Notes under the pieces: model-generated
What the model saw: the letters and a program-made list of their open reading frames with translations, nothing else
What the model was told of the DNA's origin: nothing
Database searches by the model: none
Made by a program: the position numbers and the translations under genes
Part shown: one piece after another, positions 37,340 to 47,591 of the stretch
Position numbering within the stretch: the stretch's first letter is position 1
Layout of the letters: each line of letters begins with the position of its first letter
IMG/VR virus record: IMGVR_UViG_3300024232_000327
Coordinates: 1 to 56,607 of that record
Reading direction: 5' to 3' (one strand)
Source of the DNA: a virus
Taxonomy: Duplodnaviria > Caudoviricetes
DNA length: 56,607 nt

Positions 37340-38082
37340 CACTCGGTGTCCGCTACTATGACCTGAACGGCCTTCTCTGAGTCGACGATCGACTCGATCC
37401 ATCTCAGGAGGTTCTCTGCATCTTCTACTATCTCTACCTCTCCACGCACCACTGGACCGAAGTGGGTGCAGAGACGCCTCAAGCAGATAGCTGCAGCCTC
37501 GACCGCGAACAGAGGACACATGATCACGATGCGCTGGAACTGCTCACCTCTGGTGCCTTGAGTTCCGTAGGGTCGCAGCGTCTTAGGTCTTACTCCCTCG
37601 CGGAATACCTCCCACAGGCCTGTGTCCGGATTCTCTGAGTACTTCTCTATCATATTCTCGATCTGGCCAGAGACGAAGTGTGAGTTCCAGCTCTGCTGGA
37701 ACAGGCCTGACTCTGCGGTGTCTGCAGTCGTGTTGTCTGCCGACATGTCACGACCCTCGTTGTACTCTCCAGAAGACTCTCGCATGCCGAGGCCTATCAT
37801 GATCAAGAACAGGCGTCGCAGCACGTCAAGACCAGGGTTCATCTCCTCCTGAAATACTCTCCAGATCGCGTCGCGGCGGTTCTTGACGACACCTTCTGCC
37901 ATCTCCTTCACCTCAGCATCGCCGTTCTTGAATCTCTCGTAGATGACGGCATATGCCAGGGCCATACCCTTGATGTACCCAGGAGGGGCGACGCCACGAT
38001 CGAGCCACTCGCGGCCCATCAGCGGAGACTCAGAGGCTGCTCGTATCACAGCGTCACGTGTCGCCTTCATCATGTCTTCCAC
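37339..38082 (-). CDS. putative endolysin (lysozyme-like fold)
   Basis: MRESSG...AESGLFQ resembles the ES/GL.Q lysozyme-transglycosylase motifs; lies directly after the tail genes. Confidence 0.5.
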   Translation of the reverse strand: MEDMMKATRDAVIRAASESPLMGREWLDRGVAPPGYIKGMALAYAVIYERFKNGDAEVKEMAEGVVKNRRDAIWRVFQEEMNPGLDVLRRLFLIMIGLGMRESSGEYNEGRDMSADNTTADTAESGLFQQSWNSHFVSGQIENMIEKYSENPDTGLWEVFREGVRPKTLRPYGTQGTRGEQFQRIVIMCPLFAVEAAAICLRRLCTHFGPVVRGEVEIVEDAENLLRWIESIVDSEKAVQVIVADTE

Positions 38083-38085
38083 CGA

Positions 38086-40269
38086 TCAGTTGATGAGAGG
38101 CCCATTCCTGGTGCCAGCTACGAGATACGTGACGAAGGACGTACCGTCGACCGCGTTACCTGAAGCACCGGCTGCTCCTCCAGGCGTAGACGAGGTGACG
38201 CCACTGCTGCCAGCTGTACCAGGGTTGCCGCCGTTTCCGCCGCTGGAGCCACCCTGGGCTTGGCCACCTGTACCACCTGCGGTCTCCGTACCAGGATTTC
38301 CGGCGACGCCGTTCGAACCTCCTCCGGAACTACCGTTTCCTCCGAGACCCACTTCGATGCCTGCACCGCCGCCGCCACCGCCACCGTCGAACAACCCTGG
38401 AGTAAGTCCGCCACCTCCGCCACCACCACCGCCACCTGAGACCTCACTGTTGTTGGTGAGACTGATGGCATACCTGGTGTACAGCGCCGTTCCTCCTCCG
38501 AGGCCAGCGGTGGCTTGGGATACGGGGAAGACTGCGCCGTTACCACCCTGGCCGCCCTTACCCTCGATCTTTCCGTTGTTGGTGATGCCGATAGTGACAC
38601 CTGCCGGCCAGCTGCCGACGTCGAACGAAGGGACGCTAGTGTTGCTGCTCCCGATCTTGATGCCACTCTGGACCACCACCGTGACCACGGTACCGGAGAC
38701 CGGCGTCGCGTAGATCGAGTCGTGAACGGTGCGGAGGTTCACGTTGTTGACATTGCCGTCGAAGATGATGACGTGCGGCGCATCCGGGCTCTGCACCGCC
38801 TGCTGGGTGAACAGCATCTCCTCAGCCTGAACTGTAAACTTCTCCGCCTGAGGGTTGACCTGAACGACTTGGATAGGAACTTCGACCAGACTGCCATCAG
38901 TGTCTTGAAGCGGCCACCCTCCGAGAAAGTATCCGCCTCCAAGTGAGGGGTCGTCTACGGAGTAGCGTAGGAGATCGAACTTGAAGCTCCGCGGCGGATC
39001 GCGAAACCTGCCGATGATGTTGGTGCTGGCCTTCGTGGCCACGGCCCTTCCTCCGGTAGGAACCCACCTGGAGAAGATCTTCTTGATAGCCGGCCCGTTG
39101 TAGTCAGTCTCCGAGTCGGCGTCCATCGTCACTGCCGAGCTGCGATAGTTGTCGATCTGATCTTCCTTCACCAGAGGGTTGATCTTGGCAAAGTAGAAGT
39201 AGATCTGACTGACTCTCTTTTCAGGCTGCTCACTGATGTTGAGAGTCCCTGCGATCGTGTTGTCCTGGTCGTAGACCACCGACTGAGTCGAGATAGGCCT
39301 GAGAACTTGAAGGCGGATCTCCTCGTTCACATCATCCCACCAGATGGCTAGACCTGCTTGCTCTACCAACTCCGAGATGAGAGTGTTGACAGATACCGGC
39401 TCTGCGATGAGAGCCGTATACACCGTGTTGAGATAGGCTGATGTCTCCGTGGTCCAGTTCGAGAGAGTGATAAAGCCGGTATCGACTCCTGCGTAGGTGG
39501 TAAACAGGTCGTATATGATGTTGGCTACGTCCATGCCGCTATAGAGGAGACAGAGCTGGACGCGATCCTGAGCATTGTGAGTCACAGCGGTAGTGTTGAA
39601 CTCACCGCGGGTGAGAGTGAACACGTCTCCACTTCGCGTGAATCCACAGATCTCACTGCCACCGACTGCTACATACCCAGATGCTGGATACTCTGATCCT
39701 ACTCCAGTCGGCGACAGCGTAACCACTGTAGTCGGAGGAGAGTTAGGCGGAGAGTCTCCAGACGCCGAGATGTTGGCAGACAGGAAGCCGTTGGAGAGAA
39801 CTGGAGCCTGCGCCCTGTCGCCGTCTGCCAGCTTGAGGATGTCCTTGGCGACTATGGTGTACTCACCGTCGTCTGAAGGTCCATCAGTAGACTCGACGAC
39901 GTAGTGACGCGTCTCCATCTCTGACAGCGACTGGTCTGTCGTCCCGATGATGAGACGCATGGCAGAGCCACGAAGCTTGAGACCGTAGTAGGCACGCCAC
40001 TTGCCCCAGAAGGTGCCGCTGTCAAACGCCTCAGATGCGAATATGTGGCGATGGTCCTTGAACCTCACCGTGACGCTGGCGCGCTGACCGAGGTCGGAAC
40101 CGAGACTGATGGTGGCAGGAGTGACCCTTACCTCCTTGATCGACGGGATGGCGTCGATGTCAAGCGGGAGATAGGAAGTATCGACTGCGAATCGAAACAT
40201 CGTCGCGATAGGAGGGCTCATGCCCAAGGCTGGCACGTCTATCTCGACGTAGGTGAGAGCCTGAGTCAC
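38086..40269 (-). CDS. tail tip/hub protein with Gly-rich C-terminus
   Basis: position after the Dit-like gene; GGGGGGG repeats in the C-terminal region. Confidence 0.75.
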   Translation of the reverse strand: MTQALTYVEIDVPALGMSPPIATMFRFAVDTSYLPLDIDAIPSIKEVRVTPATISLGSDLGQRASVTVRFKDHRHIFASEAFDSGTFWGKWRAYYGLKLRGSAMRLIIGTTDQSLSEMETRHYVVESTDGPSDDGEYTIVAKDILKLADGDRAQAPVLSNGFLSANISASGDSPPNSPPTTVVTLSPTGVGSEYPASGYVAVGGSEICGFTRSGDVFTLTRGEFNTTAVTHNAQDRVQLCLLYSGMDVANIIYDLFTTYAGVDTGFITLSNWTTETSAYLNTVYTALIAEPVSVNTLISELVEQAGLAIWWDDVNEEIRLQVLRPISTQSVVYDQDNTIAGTLNISEQPEKRVSQIYFYFAKINPLVKEDQIDNYRSSAVTMDADSETDYNGPAIKKIFSRWVPTGGRAVATKASTNIIGRFRDPPRSFKFDLLRYSVDDPSLGGGYFLGGWPLQDTDGSLVEVPIQVVQVNPQAEKFTVQAEEMLFTQQAVQSPDAPHVIIFDGNVNNVNLRTVHDSIYATPVSGTVVTVVVQSGIKIGSSNTSVPSFDVGSWPAGVTIGITNNGKIEGKGGQGGNGAVFPVSQATAGLGGGTALYTRYAISLTNNSEVSGGGGGGGGGGLTPGLFDGGGGGGGAGIEVGLGGNGSSGGGSNGVAGNPGTETAGGTGGQAQGGSSGGNGGNPGTAGSSGVTSSTPGGAAGASGNAVDGTSFVTYLVAGTRNGPLIN

Positions 40270-42341
40270 GCGATGGCTCTCATCGAGAGTACAGCAGCCA
40301 TGCGCCTGGTCACCGGATCAGTGTCAGGCTGGACGTCCTCCGTGAGCCACGCGAACGCAGTGTCTTCGGGGTAGTCGTTAGGGTTCCACGCCCAGAAGAA
40401 CGGAACCTCGACTGCAGCGGCTACGAACGGGTCGAAGTTGGCACGATACCAGCTCGGAGTGAACCAGGCGAACTCCGCCTTGCTATCACGATACTCGCTG
40501 AGCTGAATCCTTCCAAGAAAGTTTCCACTCTCGCTCATGCCGTTCACGACTACGGTCTTCCTGGCATGAGGGAGGTCCTTGTGCTGAACGTCTATCTTGA
40601 CTCCTCTCTCGAGGACCAGAAGCTCACCAGCGTAGAGCACTGACGCCTGAGCAGCGTCACTCCCTGCCGAGATGGAGAGACGCAGGTCGCTGGTAGTCGG
40701 AGAGAACCTCAGGATCAGTGGTTTGTCGTCCTCTACGAGAACTCCAGCCCCGGGTGTCAAGCTGCTGATAGGTACGCTGTTAGGAACGAAGTCGCCAGTG
40801 TACAGCGCCTGTCCCTTGATGACCCTGAGCTGGTCGATCCAGCCGTCAACCGGAGTAGCGAGATCTCCGAATGGTGATCCGAACGTATTGCCGATGACGG
40901 GCGCATTTGCCGCATTAGTCATTGGATTGCTGTTGGCAAAGGTGCCTTGAGACAATCCGTTCAGGTACAGCGTCGTGGTTCCAGAAGACCGGCACAGGGC
41001 GATGTGGTACCAGGTGTTGATAGATACGGTAGTACCAGCGGTTATGACGTCAGACCCGTTGATGAAGTATCGCAGATCGTTGCTCTCGAGTCGCAGACAC
41101 ACCGAGAACTGGGCACCACCTGCTGCACCTCTGCTGTCGTAGAGCATCTGACGGTGCGACAGCGAGCTGAACCGCGCCCACATGTCGATGGTGAAGTCGC
41201 CGGTCCCGAAGTCAAAGTCGCTCGAGCCGTCACCGCTGAGATAGCTGTCAACGCCGTCGAACAGACACGACGCAGTGCCGAACTTGAACTGGGCGGTATC
41301 GAGCTGAGCGCCATTCACAGCAGTGAAGACGTGATCACTTCCACCGCTGTCAACTATGCTGGTAGATCCGTCTGTGCCGTCGAAGTTCAACAGGAGATCA
41401 TATCCGCCGTTGATCAGGTTCCCTCCGTCTGGGTAGGCAGCTGTCGGCGCAGTAAAGTTGGCAGTCCACGACGCGGTACCAGAGAGGATGCGAAACTCGT
41501 CGATCCACCCGTTCATCTGTTGGGCGCCGCTCTTGTCGCCTCCTATCTCGTCGATGCCAGTCGTGTTGGAGACGCTGTAGCTAGCCGAGTATGTACTCCC
41601 CTCCTGGGTGCCGTTGATGAAAAGCTTGGTAGAGCTGCCGCTCTTGGTAACTGCCACGTGATACCAGGTTCCAGTCAGCAGCGCAGTAGTCCCGGTGATC
41701 CGGTCTGCGGAGTTCTGAAAGAACTTGACTACGTGACTGGTCTGAGCCACGTAGATCGTTATACCGTTGGCCGCTCCAACGCTGGTTCGCGAGTCATAGA
41801 GGATCGCATCAGATCCGACGTGGGCGCTGATCCTGACCCAGAAGTCGACGGTGTAGTCAGAAGATCCGATCGGAACGTTGGTGCTCTTGAGAGAGCACGC
41901 GTTGAGACGCGCCGAAGCAGAGCCGAACTTGAACTGAGAGGTGTCGATCTGAGGAGATCCGAATGCTATGTTGACTCCATAGTCGTTCCCAGAAGAGTCC
42001 TGGAACTGAGTCGACCCGTTGGTTCCCTCGAAGTGAAGGAGAAGCGAAGACGGAGTGCTCCCCATACCGGTGAGACTCACCTTCGCTCCTATGGTGCCAA
42101 AGTTGTGCTTAGCTACGGCAAGATAGTTGGTAGTCTGACCACCAAGCGACACGTCAATCGTCTGAGCTGCAGCAGAACTGGCTTTCCAGAACAGGTGCGA
42201 AGCGGTGTTGAGAAGATTGCTAGCCGGGAACCCGGTCTCGGTAGAGCTAGATGCGACAGATGTCGCAATGTTATCGATGCCAATGAGAGGAACTCCGGAG
42301 GGGGAGTCACCCGGGTCGTATCCGCTCTGGATCTCTATCAT
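40266..42341 (-). CDS. distal-tail-like protein with two inserted LamG/ConA-like domains
   Basis: two repeats LLL.F.G..GST...DS...QFKFG.AS...DFT...W...TWYH.A...LY/FING...GWID..R; follows the tape measure gene. Confidence 0.8.
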   Translation of the reverse strand: MIEIQSGYDPGDSPSGVPLIGIDNIATSVASSSTETGFPASNLLNTASHLFWKASSAAAQTIDVSLGGQTTNYLAVAKHNFGTIGAKVSLTGMGSTPSSLLLHFEGTNGSTQFQDSSGNDYGVNIAFGSPQIDTSQFKFGSASARLNACSLKSTNVPIGSSDYTVDFWVRISAHVGSDAILYDSRTSVGAANGITIYVAQTSHVVKFFQNSADRITGTTALLTGTWYHVAVTKSGSSTKLFINGTQEGSTYSASYSVSNTTGIDEIGGDKSGAQQMNGWIDEFRILSGTASWTANFTAPTAAYPDGGNLINGGYDLLLNFDGTDGSTSIVDSGGSDHVFTAVNGAQLDTAQFKFGTASCLFDGVDSYLSGDGSSDFDFGTGDFTIDMWARFSSLSHRQMLYDSRGAAGGAQFSVCLRLESNDLRYFINGSDVITAGTTVSINTWYHIALCRSSGTTTLYLNGLSQGTFANSNPMTNAANAPVIGNTFGSPFGDLATPVDGWIDQLRVIKGQALYTGDFVPNSVPISSLTPGAGVLVEDDKPLILRFSPTTSDLRLSISAGSDAAQASVLYAGELLVLERGVKIDVQHKDLPHARKTVVVNGMSESGNFLGRIQLSEYRDSKAEFAWFTPSWYRANFDPFVAAAVEVPFFWAWNPNDYPEDTAFAWLTEDVQPDTDPVTRRMAAVLSMRAIA

Positions 42342-44332
42342 GCTGGCACCTTGAGCTTGTAGCCGTCTGACATACCTGCGTTGAGAGAGTCGAAGAGACC
42401 TCGCAGCATGTCACCTGTGAACAGGTCACCTGGCTTCATGCCGCGAATCTCTACCGTCTGAGATCCACCGCCAGAACCTCCGACCTGTCCCGGCCTGCGG
42501 ATGTCGACCATCTCTCCAGGCGTAGCCTGAAACGCTACCATCTGCGAGTCTACGCCAGTGAGACCGCCACCGACCTTGAAGCTGCCGCCGGTAGCGAACT
42601 GCTGCGATTGAATCTTGGCCACGTAGCCAAGGCCTGCCACTACGGAGGCAGCAGCAGCGGCGTAGCTGAACGGCGGTGGGTAGGTGGCTAGAGCCTTGGT
42701 TGCAGCGGTATAGGTGTTGAAGACTGCCTGAGCGATGGCGGCGATCTTTGCCGCAGTGCTGAACTCCTTGTTGGCCTGCGCTGCAGCGGCTAGACCAGTA
42801 GCCAAGTCACTGGCGATCTTCCCCGCTGCGATGTCCCACGCTTGACCCGTCGACTCGGCTGCCTTGCGGGAGGCGAGAGCTGCCTGGTCGGCAGTGATGG
42901 CATTGTTGCTGAGGAGGACTTGAATGCGCTGGAGCTGCTGCTCGTACTGGAGATAGGCAGGAAGACTCTGCTCGACGAGCTGGGCACCAGCCTGCTGGAG
43001 GAGAGCCTGGTTCAGCGCCTGCTGCGCCGCTGTAAGCTTGGTCTGATCGTTGGTGAGCTTCAGTGCCAGCTGATCTACGAGACCCAGCTGGATCGCCTGC
43101 TGAACGAACCCAGGAGCGAGATTGTTGAACTCACCGCGGAGCTCGGCCGTCTTGATGGTCAGCTCGTTGAGGGTCTTCGACAAGTCGCCGAGGGGGATGG
43201 CAGGAGCGGAGATCTTCACCCTGTTGATGGCGTCGAGGTTCTGCTGAACGACGGAGAGAACCTCGTTCATGTCGACGAGGCCCTTCTCCGTCTCTGGAGG
43301 AGGCGTCTTGGCGAGCCTGGCATTGAGGGCGGCGAACGCGGCATCGGTGTCCTCGCCGTTCTTCTTGAGGAGCTCCCAAGCCTTGCTGAACTCTCCGGAG
43401 AAGATGAGCTTGCCAGCCTCCTTCAGGCCGATGAGCTCGACACCAGCACGCTGAACTCCTAAGGAGAACCTGAGAAGCTCGTCTGTGCCAAACCTGATGA
43501 CACTGTTGAGAACGTTCTGAGTGTCCTCCATTCCTTTCGCGTCTTTAGCCACCTGAAGCAAGGAGCCGCTGACGTCTTGGAGAGCAGGAAGCATGCCAGC
43601 GGTGAGCTGAAGAACAATACCGTCCCATATCTTGTTGAGCTTGTCGAACTCCTTCTGGGTCTTGAGAGCAGCCGCCACCGTGTTAGCGTTGATCTCGAGG
43701 CCCAGAGCCTTCATCTGGTCCTTCTGCTCGGTGATCGCCTTCGACCCTTCGTTGAGGACCGGAAGGAGAGCTGACCCGCCGCGACCCATCAGCGCGGTAG
43801 CGAGAGCGACCTCGTTGGCTCCCTCGGTATAGTCCTTGAACTTGTTGGCCAGCTCGGCGAAGACGGTAGAGGAGTCCTTCACCTGACCACTGCTGTCGCG
43901 GACTGAGATGCCGAGGACGTCGAAGGCCTTCTTCGCCTCGCTGCTCTTGCCCTGCGCCACGTCAGCGATGTTGCGGCTGAGTCGCACCATCCCTTGACCG
44001 AGAGTGTCGATGTCGACGCCGACGTTCTTCGCCACGCCGCCGATGGCAGCGAAGCTCTCGACGTCGGTACCAGCCCGCAGCGCCGTCTTGCCGATCGTCA
44101 CCAGCTTGTCGATCGCAGCTCCCATCGAGCTGACGATGCTGCTGGCCACGCTCGAGATGCTGTTGGCGATCAGCGTACCAGCAGCTACGACGCCGGCGCT
44201 GACACCGGAGAACGCCTTCTGAAAGCCAGTGGCCTTGTTCTCGGACGACTTGAGGCCGTCTTCGAACGAAGCAGAGTCGAGACCGAGGACGACTCGGAGT
44301 GCGCCGATGATAGCGTCGCCTGCGCCTGCCAT
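42338..44332 (-). CDS. tail tape measure protein
   Basis: IGALRVVLGLDSA.F N-terminus, Ala-rich helices, C-terminal FATGG...TPGE. Confidence 0.9.
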   Translation of the reverse strand: MAGAGDAIIGALRVVLGLDSASFEDGLKSSENKATGFQKAFSGVSAGVVAAGTLIANSISSVASSIVSSMGAAIDKLVTIGKTALRAGTDVESFAAIGGVAKNVGVDIDTLGQGMVRLSRNIADVAQGKSSEAKKAFDVLGISVRDSSGQVKDSSTVFAELANKFKDYTEGANEVALATALMGRGGSALLPVLNEGSKAITEQKDQMKALGLEINANTVAAALKTQKEFDKLNKIWDGIVLQLTAGMLPALQDVSGSLLQVAKDAKGMEDTQNVLNSVIRFGTDELLRFSLGVQRAGVELIGLKEAGKLIFSGEFSKAWELLKKNGEDTDAAFAALNARLAKTPPPETEKGLVDMNEVLSVVQQNLDAINRVKISAPAIPLGDLSKTLNELTIKTAELRGEFNNLAPGFVQQAIQLGLVDQLALKLTNDQTKLTAAQQALNQALLQQAGAQLVEQSLPAYLQYEQQLQRIQVLLSNNAITADQAALASRKAAESTGQAWDIAAGKIASDLATGLAAAAQANKEFSTAAKIAAIAQAVFNTYTAATKALATYPPPFSYAAAAASVVAGLGYVAKIQSQQFATGGSFKVGGGLTGVDSQMVAFQATPGEMVDIRRPGQVGGSGGGSQTVEIRGMKPGDLFTGDMLRGLFDSLNAGMSDGYKLKVPA

Positions 44333-44334
44333 GA

Positions 44335-44996
44335 CTAGCCTCTCTTCGCCTTGTTCTCGATGGCCTTGTTGTGAGCTCTAGCGATCATCTCGAAGATCGC
44401 CGCTTGCTCTTGCCAAGTCTGGGTCTGACGCCGATCCGGGACCTGAAGCTTGCGGAGGTTCGGCAGCTTCTTGGTACGCGACAGCGCCGCGACATGCCAA
44501 GCCAGCCAGGCGCTGCGATTCTGCGCCCGGCGGGTGGCAATGTCACGGCCTTGGATGAGAGCCGACATGGTACGAGGAGTCTGATCCCAGAAGGACTCAG
44601 GCTCGAAGCCTAGGGCGACCCACTGGGTGAGGCGTTCGTCCCAGTCCCATTCGTCGCCGTCTTGGGAGGGTTTTCATCTACCTGCCCTCCGAGCTTCGGA
44701 GACATCAGCGTGATCGCCTCTATGAGGGCCTCGTTGGCCTTCTCGAGACCGACCTCGTCGACGATCTCACCGACCTGCTCCTCGGTCATACCGCGATGAT
44801 ACTTGTAGAGAGCTGCCTGGAGGGTGGCCAGCGTCTCCTCGACACCCCACCCCTCTAACGCGACCCTCTGGATGAGCTTCGGCCAGCTCATCTTCATCCT
44901 TCTCTCGATGGAGGCGAGAGCATACGTGTTGAGAACGAGAACGTACCTCTTACCTCCAGCCTCGAGAGGCACTTCTCCCTTGACTGGGTTAGCCAC
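44335..44996 (-). CDS. tail assembly chaperones G (44610-44996) and GT via -1 frameshift
   Basis: slippery A AAC CCT at 44673-44667; -1 frame reads ...GFEPESFWDQTPRTMSAL, in frame with ORF 44335-44568. Confidence 0.85.
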
Positions 44997-45009
44997 TGGT
45001 CACCTCCGA

Positions 45010-45444
45010 TCAGGTCGTGCCGACGCTGATAGAACCTGTCACCTTGAGGGTGACGGTGGCTACCATCACGTCGTCGAACGGGACGGTAGGCTCGTAGCCG
45101 GTGACCTCACCGTTGAAGCTCCAGGTCACTCCATTAGGGAAGCTCAAGCGACAGCCGCGAGTTCGCGACTGACCCGTGGGGAGGGAGAGGAGCTCGAAGA
45201 TCCTGTCATCAGTGGCATTGCCAGGGATGAAGTTCACGTCGAAGCTCGCCTCACCGCTGTCGATGAGTCCGCCGATGAACTCACGATAGCGGTTCGGTGA
45301 CTGCATGTGAGTCACCTCGACCTGGTCAACTTTCGCGCTGGGAGGCGTGATCGACTTGACCTCCAGCATCTGGGTGTAGTCGTTCGGAGAGTTCTCGTTC
45401 GCGATCTCGAAGACTGATCCGTAGCCGAGCAAGGCGTTAGACAT
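45010..45444 (-). CDS. major tail tube protein
   Basis: EVKSITPP...EVTHMQSP...REFIGGLIDSGE...F.G.V......LKVTG. Confidence 0.9.
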   Translation of the reverse strand: MSNALLGYGSVFEIANENSPNDYTQMLEVKSITPPSAKVDQVEVTHMQSPNRYREFIGGLIDSGEASFDVNFIPGNATDDRIFELLSLPTGQSRTRGCRLSFPNGVTWSFNGEVTGYEPTVPFDDVMVATVTLKVTGSISVGTT

Positions 45445-45464
45445 GGTTTAGTTCTCCTTCAGCT

Positions 45465-45917
45465 TCAGGTAGCAGACTGTTTAGCGAGTAGACGCGCCGC
45501 CTTGCGGGCGGCACGGGCAGCGGCCTTCGCGATCTCCTCCCAGAGGGAGGCTCCGACGGCAGACGGGATGTCCTTCTTGTTCTTGTCCCAAGCAGGTCGC
45601 ATGTAGGGTCGCGGCGTCTGATAGATCGAGCCGAACTCCTGGACGATGGCTCTAGTCATGGAAGCAGGACCGACGTAGACCTCTACCTTCGAGCCTTTCT
45701 CAGCTCCGGACTGACTCCTGCTGAGCTTGGTGCTGACAGCGATCGTCGACGCTAGTCTTCCGGTCTGTCTCGGAGCGTACCTCTCGGCGTCGGCGCGAAG
45801 CGGCTCGGCAGCGTCTATCAGAGCTCGCTTCTTGACGTTGGTGGCCGTCGCCTTCTTGAGGTCCTCGAGTGCCTCGACCAGGTCGGAGAGACCGTCAACC
45901 CGCATCGTCACCTTCAC
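45465..45917 (-). CDS. HK97 gp10-like neck protein
   Basis: V.GL..L...L, AP..TG.L, EFGS....PRPYMRPAWD. Confidence 0.85.
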   Translation of the reverse strand: MKVTMRVDGLSDLVEALEDLKKATATNVKKRALIDAAEPLRADAERYAPRQTGRLASTIAVSTKLSRSQSGAEKGSKVEVYVGPASMTRAIVQEFGSIYQTPRPYMRPAWDKNKKDIPSAVGASLWEEIAKAAARAARKAARLLAKQSAT

Positions 45918-46330
45918 GAGTCGAGACTCCTGTACCAGATGAGGTAGTCACGACCCATACGGAACATCCGCATGGTCGCGTCGTACTCCTCGCGACTGTT
46001 GACTACGAACACGCCGTTGACTTCGACGGTCTCGCTGTTGCCCTGCCACTCGCCGCGCTGACCCGTGAGGCGGTCGTAGACCGCGCCGGCTAGGGAGTTA
46101 GCCTCGTCGCTGGTCGTGGCCCACGCGTCGATCTGCATGCGAACCTGTGACAGACCAGAGTCGCCGTCCATCGTGTAGTCAGTCGTCTCCGAGATGCGAT
46201 TGAACACTACGCTCGGCTCGAGCTGACCCTCCGGCATGCGACCGTGATGGATGCGAAAGCCACCGACCTTGTCGCGAACGACAGAGCTGGAAAGAAGGAA
46301 GGTCCGCAGAGCTGGCCTGATGTCCTTCAC
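45914..46330 (-). CDS. tail completion/terminator protein (DUF3168-like)
   Basis: GTG start VKDIRPAL; RMQIDAWA...A..LA.AV...L. Confidence 0.8.
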   Translation of the reverse strand: MKDIRPALRTFLLSSSVVRDKVGGFRIHHGRMPEGQLEPSVVFNRISETTDYTMDGDSGLSQVRMQIDAWATTSDEANSLAGAVYDRLTGQRGEWQGNSETVEVNGVFVVNSREEYDATMRMFRMGRDYLIWYRSLDS

Positions 46331-46548
46331 TCGGCGTTCCTCTGCTGATAGCACCTCTCGGTGCGGCTGAAGAGGACAGAGATCTTTCCCTTCTCGCAGT
46401 CGTAGTGACAGATGCTGGAGCTGGCTCCGCTTCTGCGCTCCTGACTCCGCAGATGGCATATACCTTGTGGCTTCACCTGGTCGGCGGTCATCACGGCGTA
46501 CGGATCTGACGCGTGACCGAGAACGAGAAAAACCACGACTAGGATCAT
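46327..46548 (-). CDS. small secreted Cys-containing protein
   Basis: hydrophobic N-terminus MILVVVFLVLG; four Cys. Confidence 0.45.
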   Translation of the reverse strand: MILVVVFLVLGHASDPYAVMTADQVKPQGICHLRSQERRSGASSSICHYDCEKGKISVLFSRTERCYQQRNAE

Positions 46549-47591
46549 CACTGGTCTCCAGGTGCGAACTGGACTGCGGTAGCCTTGAGCGGGCCCCACA
46601 CCAGTCCTCGTAGCACGAGACCCGCCGAGTTTCCACTCTTTCCTGCCAGCATATCTTGGATGCTGAGAGAGCTGCTGATAACCGCGGTGTCGGTCAGGTC
46701 GTAGCTGCCTCCGAACTTCCTGGCCTGGAGGAAGTTGCTGTCGTACGTTCCTACCAGACCTGCTCCCTTGACCGGAGACACTGGGTCGCCGTTGATGTCG
46801 AACTTGAACTCCTCACCGTAGGACGTTATCGTTATCTGCTTGGTGTTGATCCTGACCTCGACCGGTCCCTTCGTCCCGACTCCCACGACGCTGATGCCAC
46901 CTCTGTCGAGAGCGTCCTGACCGATCCACGGCCACGACGGGTCGGGGTTGACAGCCCCGGGGAGGAGGGTCTCGATCGTCTTGTCCACTCCGCCGATCGG
47001 CACGGTGAACGTACCGAGATCGTTGTCGTAGGCCGTCGCAGGACCGGCCTGTCCCTCTCCACTCGCGCCGTTCGGCTCGGCAGACTTCCAGTTGCCAGGA
47101 TCTCTCGGATCGACGCTGGAGCCGACGAGACCTCCGAAGTTGGTCTGACTCCCCGAGATGAACGTGCCGTTGGCGTAGGAGAAGCTCTCGAATCCTAGAT
47201 CTACGAACTCCCACTGATGCGGAGTCCAGATGAAGCCGTCTTCCGAGGTGAAGTAGTAGCCGTCATCTGCGTTGATCTCGTGGGCCGGCCCTGCCGAGGG
47301 ACCGACGCCTACAACCCAGATGCCGAGTCCCATCGTGTTGACGTTGCCGCCGCTGCCGAAGGTCTTCCAGTTGGTGCCGTCCCAGTAGGCAGGGCGCGCG
47401 CCGCCGGCGGCGTCAGGTACGTAGGCTATGCCACCTACCGCGCCGGTGGTAGGCAGGTCGCCGAACGCCTGCGGCACCTGGGCCACACCGATGCCGGCCC
47501 TGACGTAGCGACCCGACTGCTTCAGCGCCAGTACCTCAGCGGCGCTGAGAGGCGTCGTGACAGACGGAAGCTGGCTGATCTTCTTGGTCAT
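46548..47591 (-). CDS. virion fibre/decoration-like protein
   Basis: KKISQLP...L...E....Q.G N-terminus and LP...GGIAYV.D..GG..PAY.DG..W motif. Confidence 0.6.
   Translation of the reverse strand: MTKKISQLPSVTTPLSAAEVLALKQSGRYVRAGIGVAQVPQAFGDLPTTGAVGGIAYVPDAAGGARPAYWDGTNWKTFGSGGNVNTMGLGIWVVGVGPSAGPAHEINADDGYYFTSEDGFIWTPHQWEFVDLGFESFSYANGTFISGSQTNFGGLVGSSVDPRDPGNWKSAEPNGASGEGQAGPATAYDNDLGTFTVPIGGVDKTIETLLPGAVNPDPSWPWIGQDALDRGGISVVGVGTKGPVEVRINTKQITITSYGEEFKFDINGDPVSPVKGAGLVGTYDSNFLQARKFGGSYDLTDTAVISSSLSIQDMLAGKSGNSAGLVLRGLVWGPLKATAVQFAPGDQ

Noticed and set aside
38200-38450. GCC/ACC-rich tandem repeat
   Set aside because: It simply encodes the poly-Gly region of the tail tip protein
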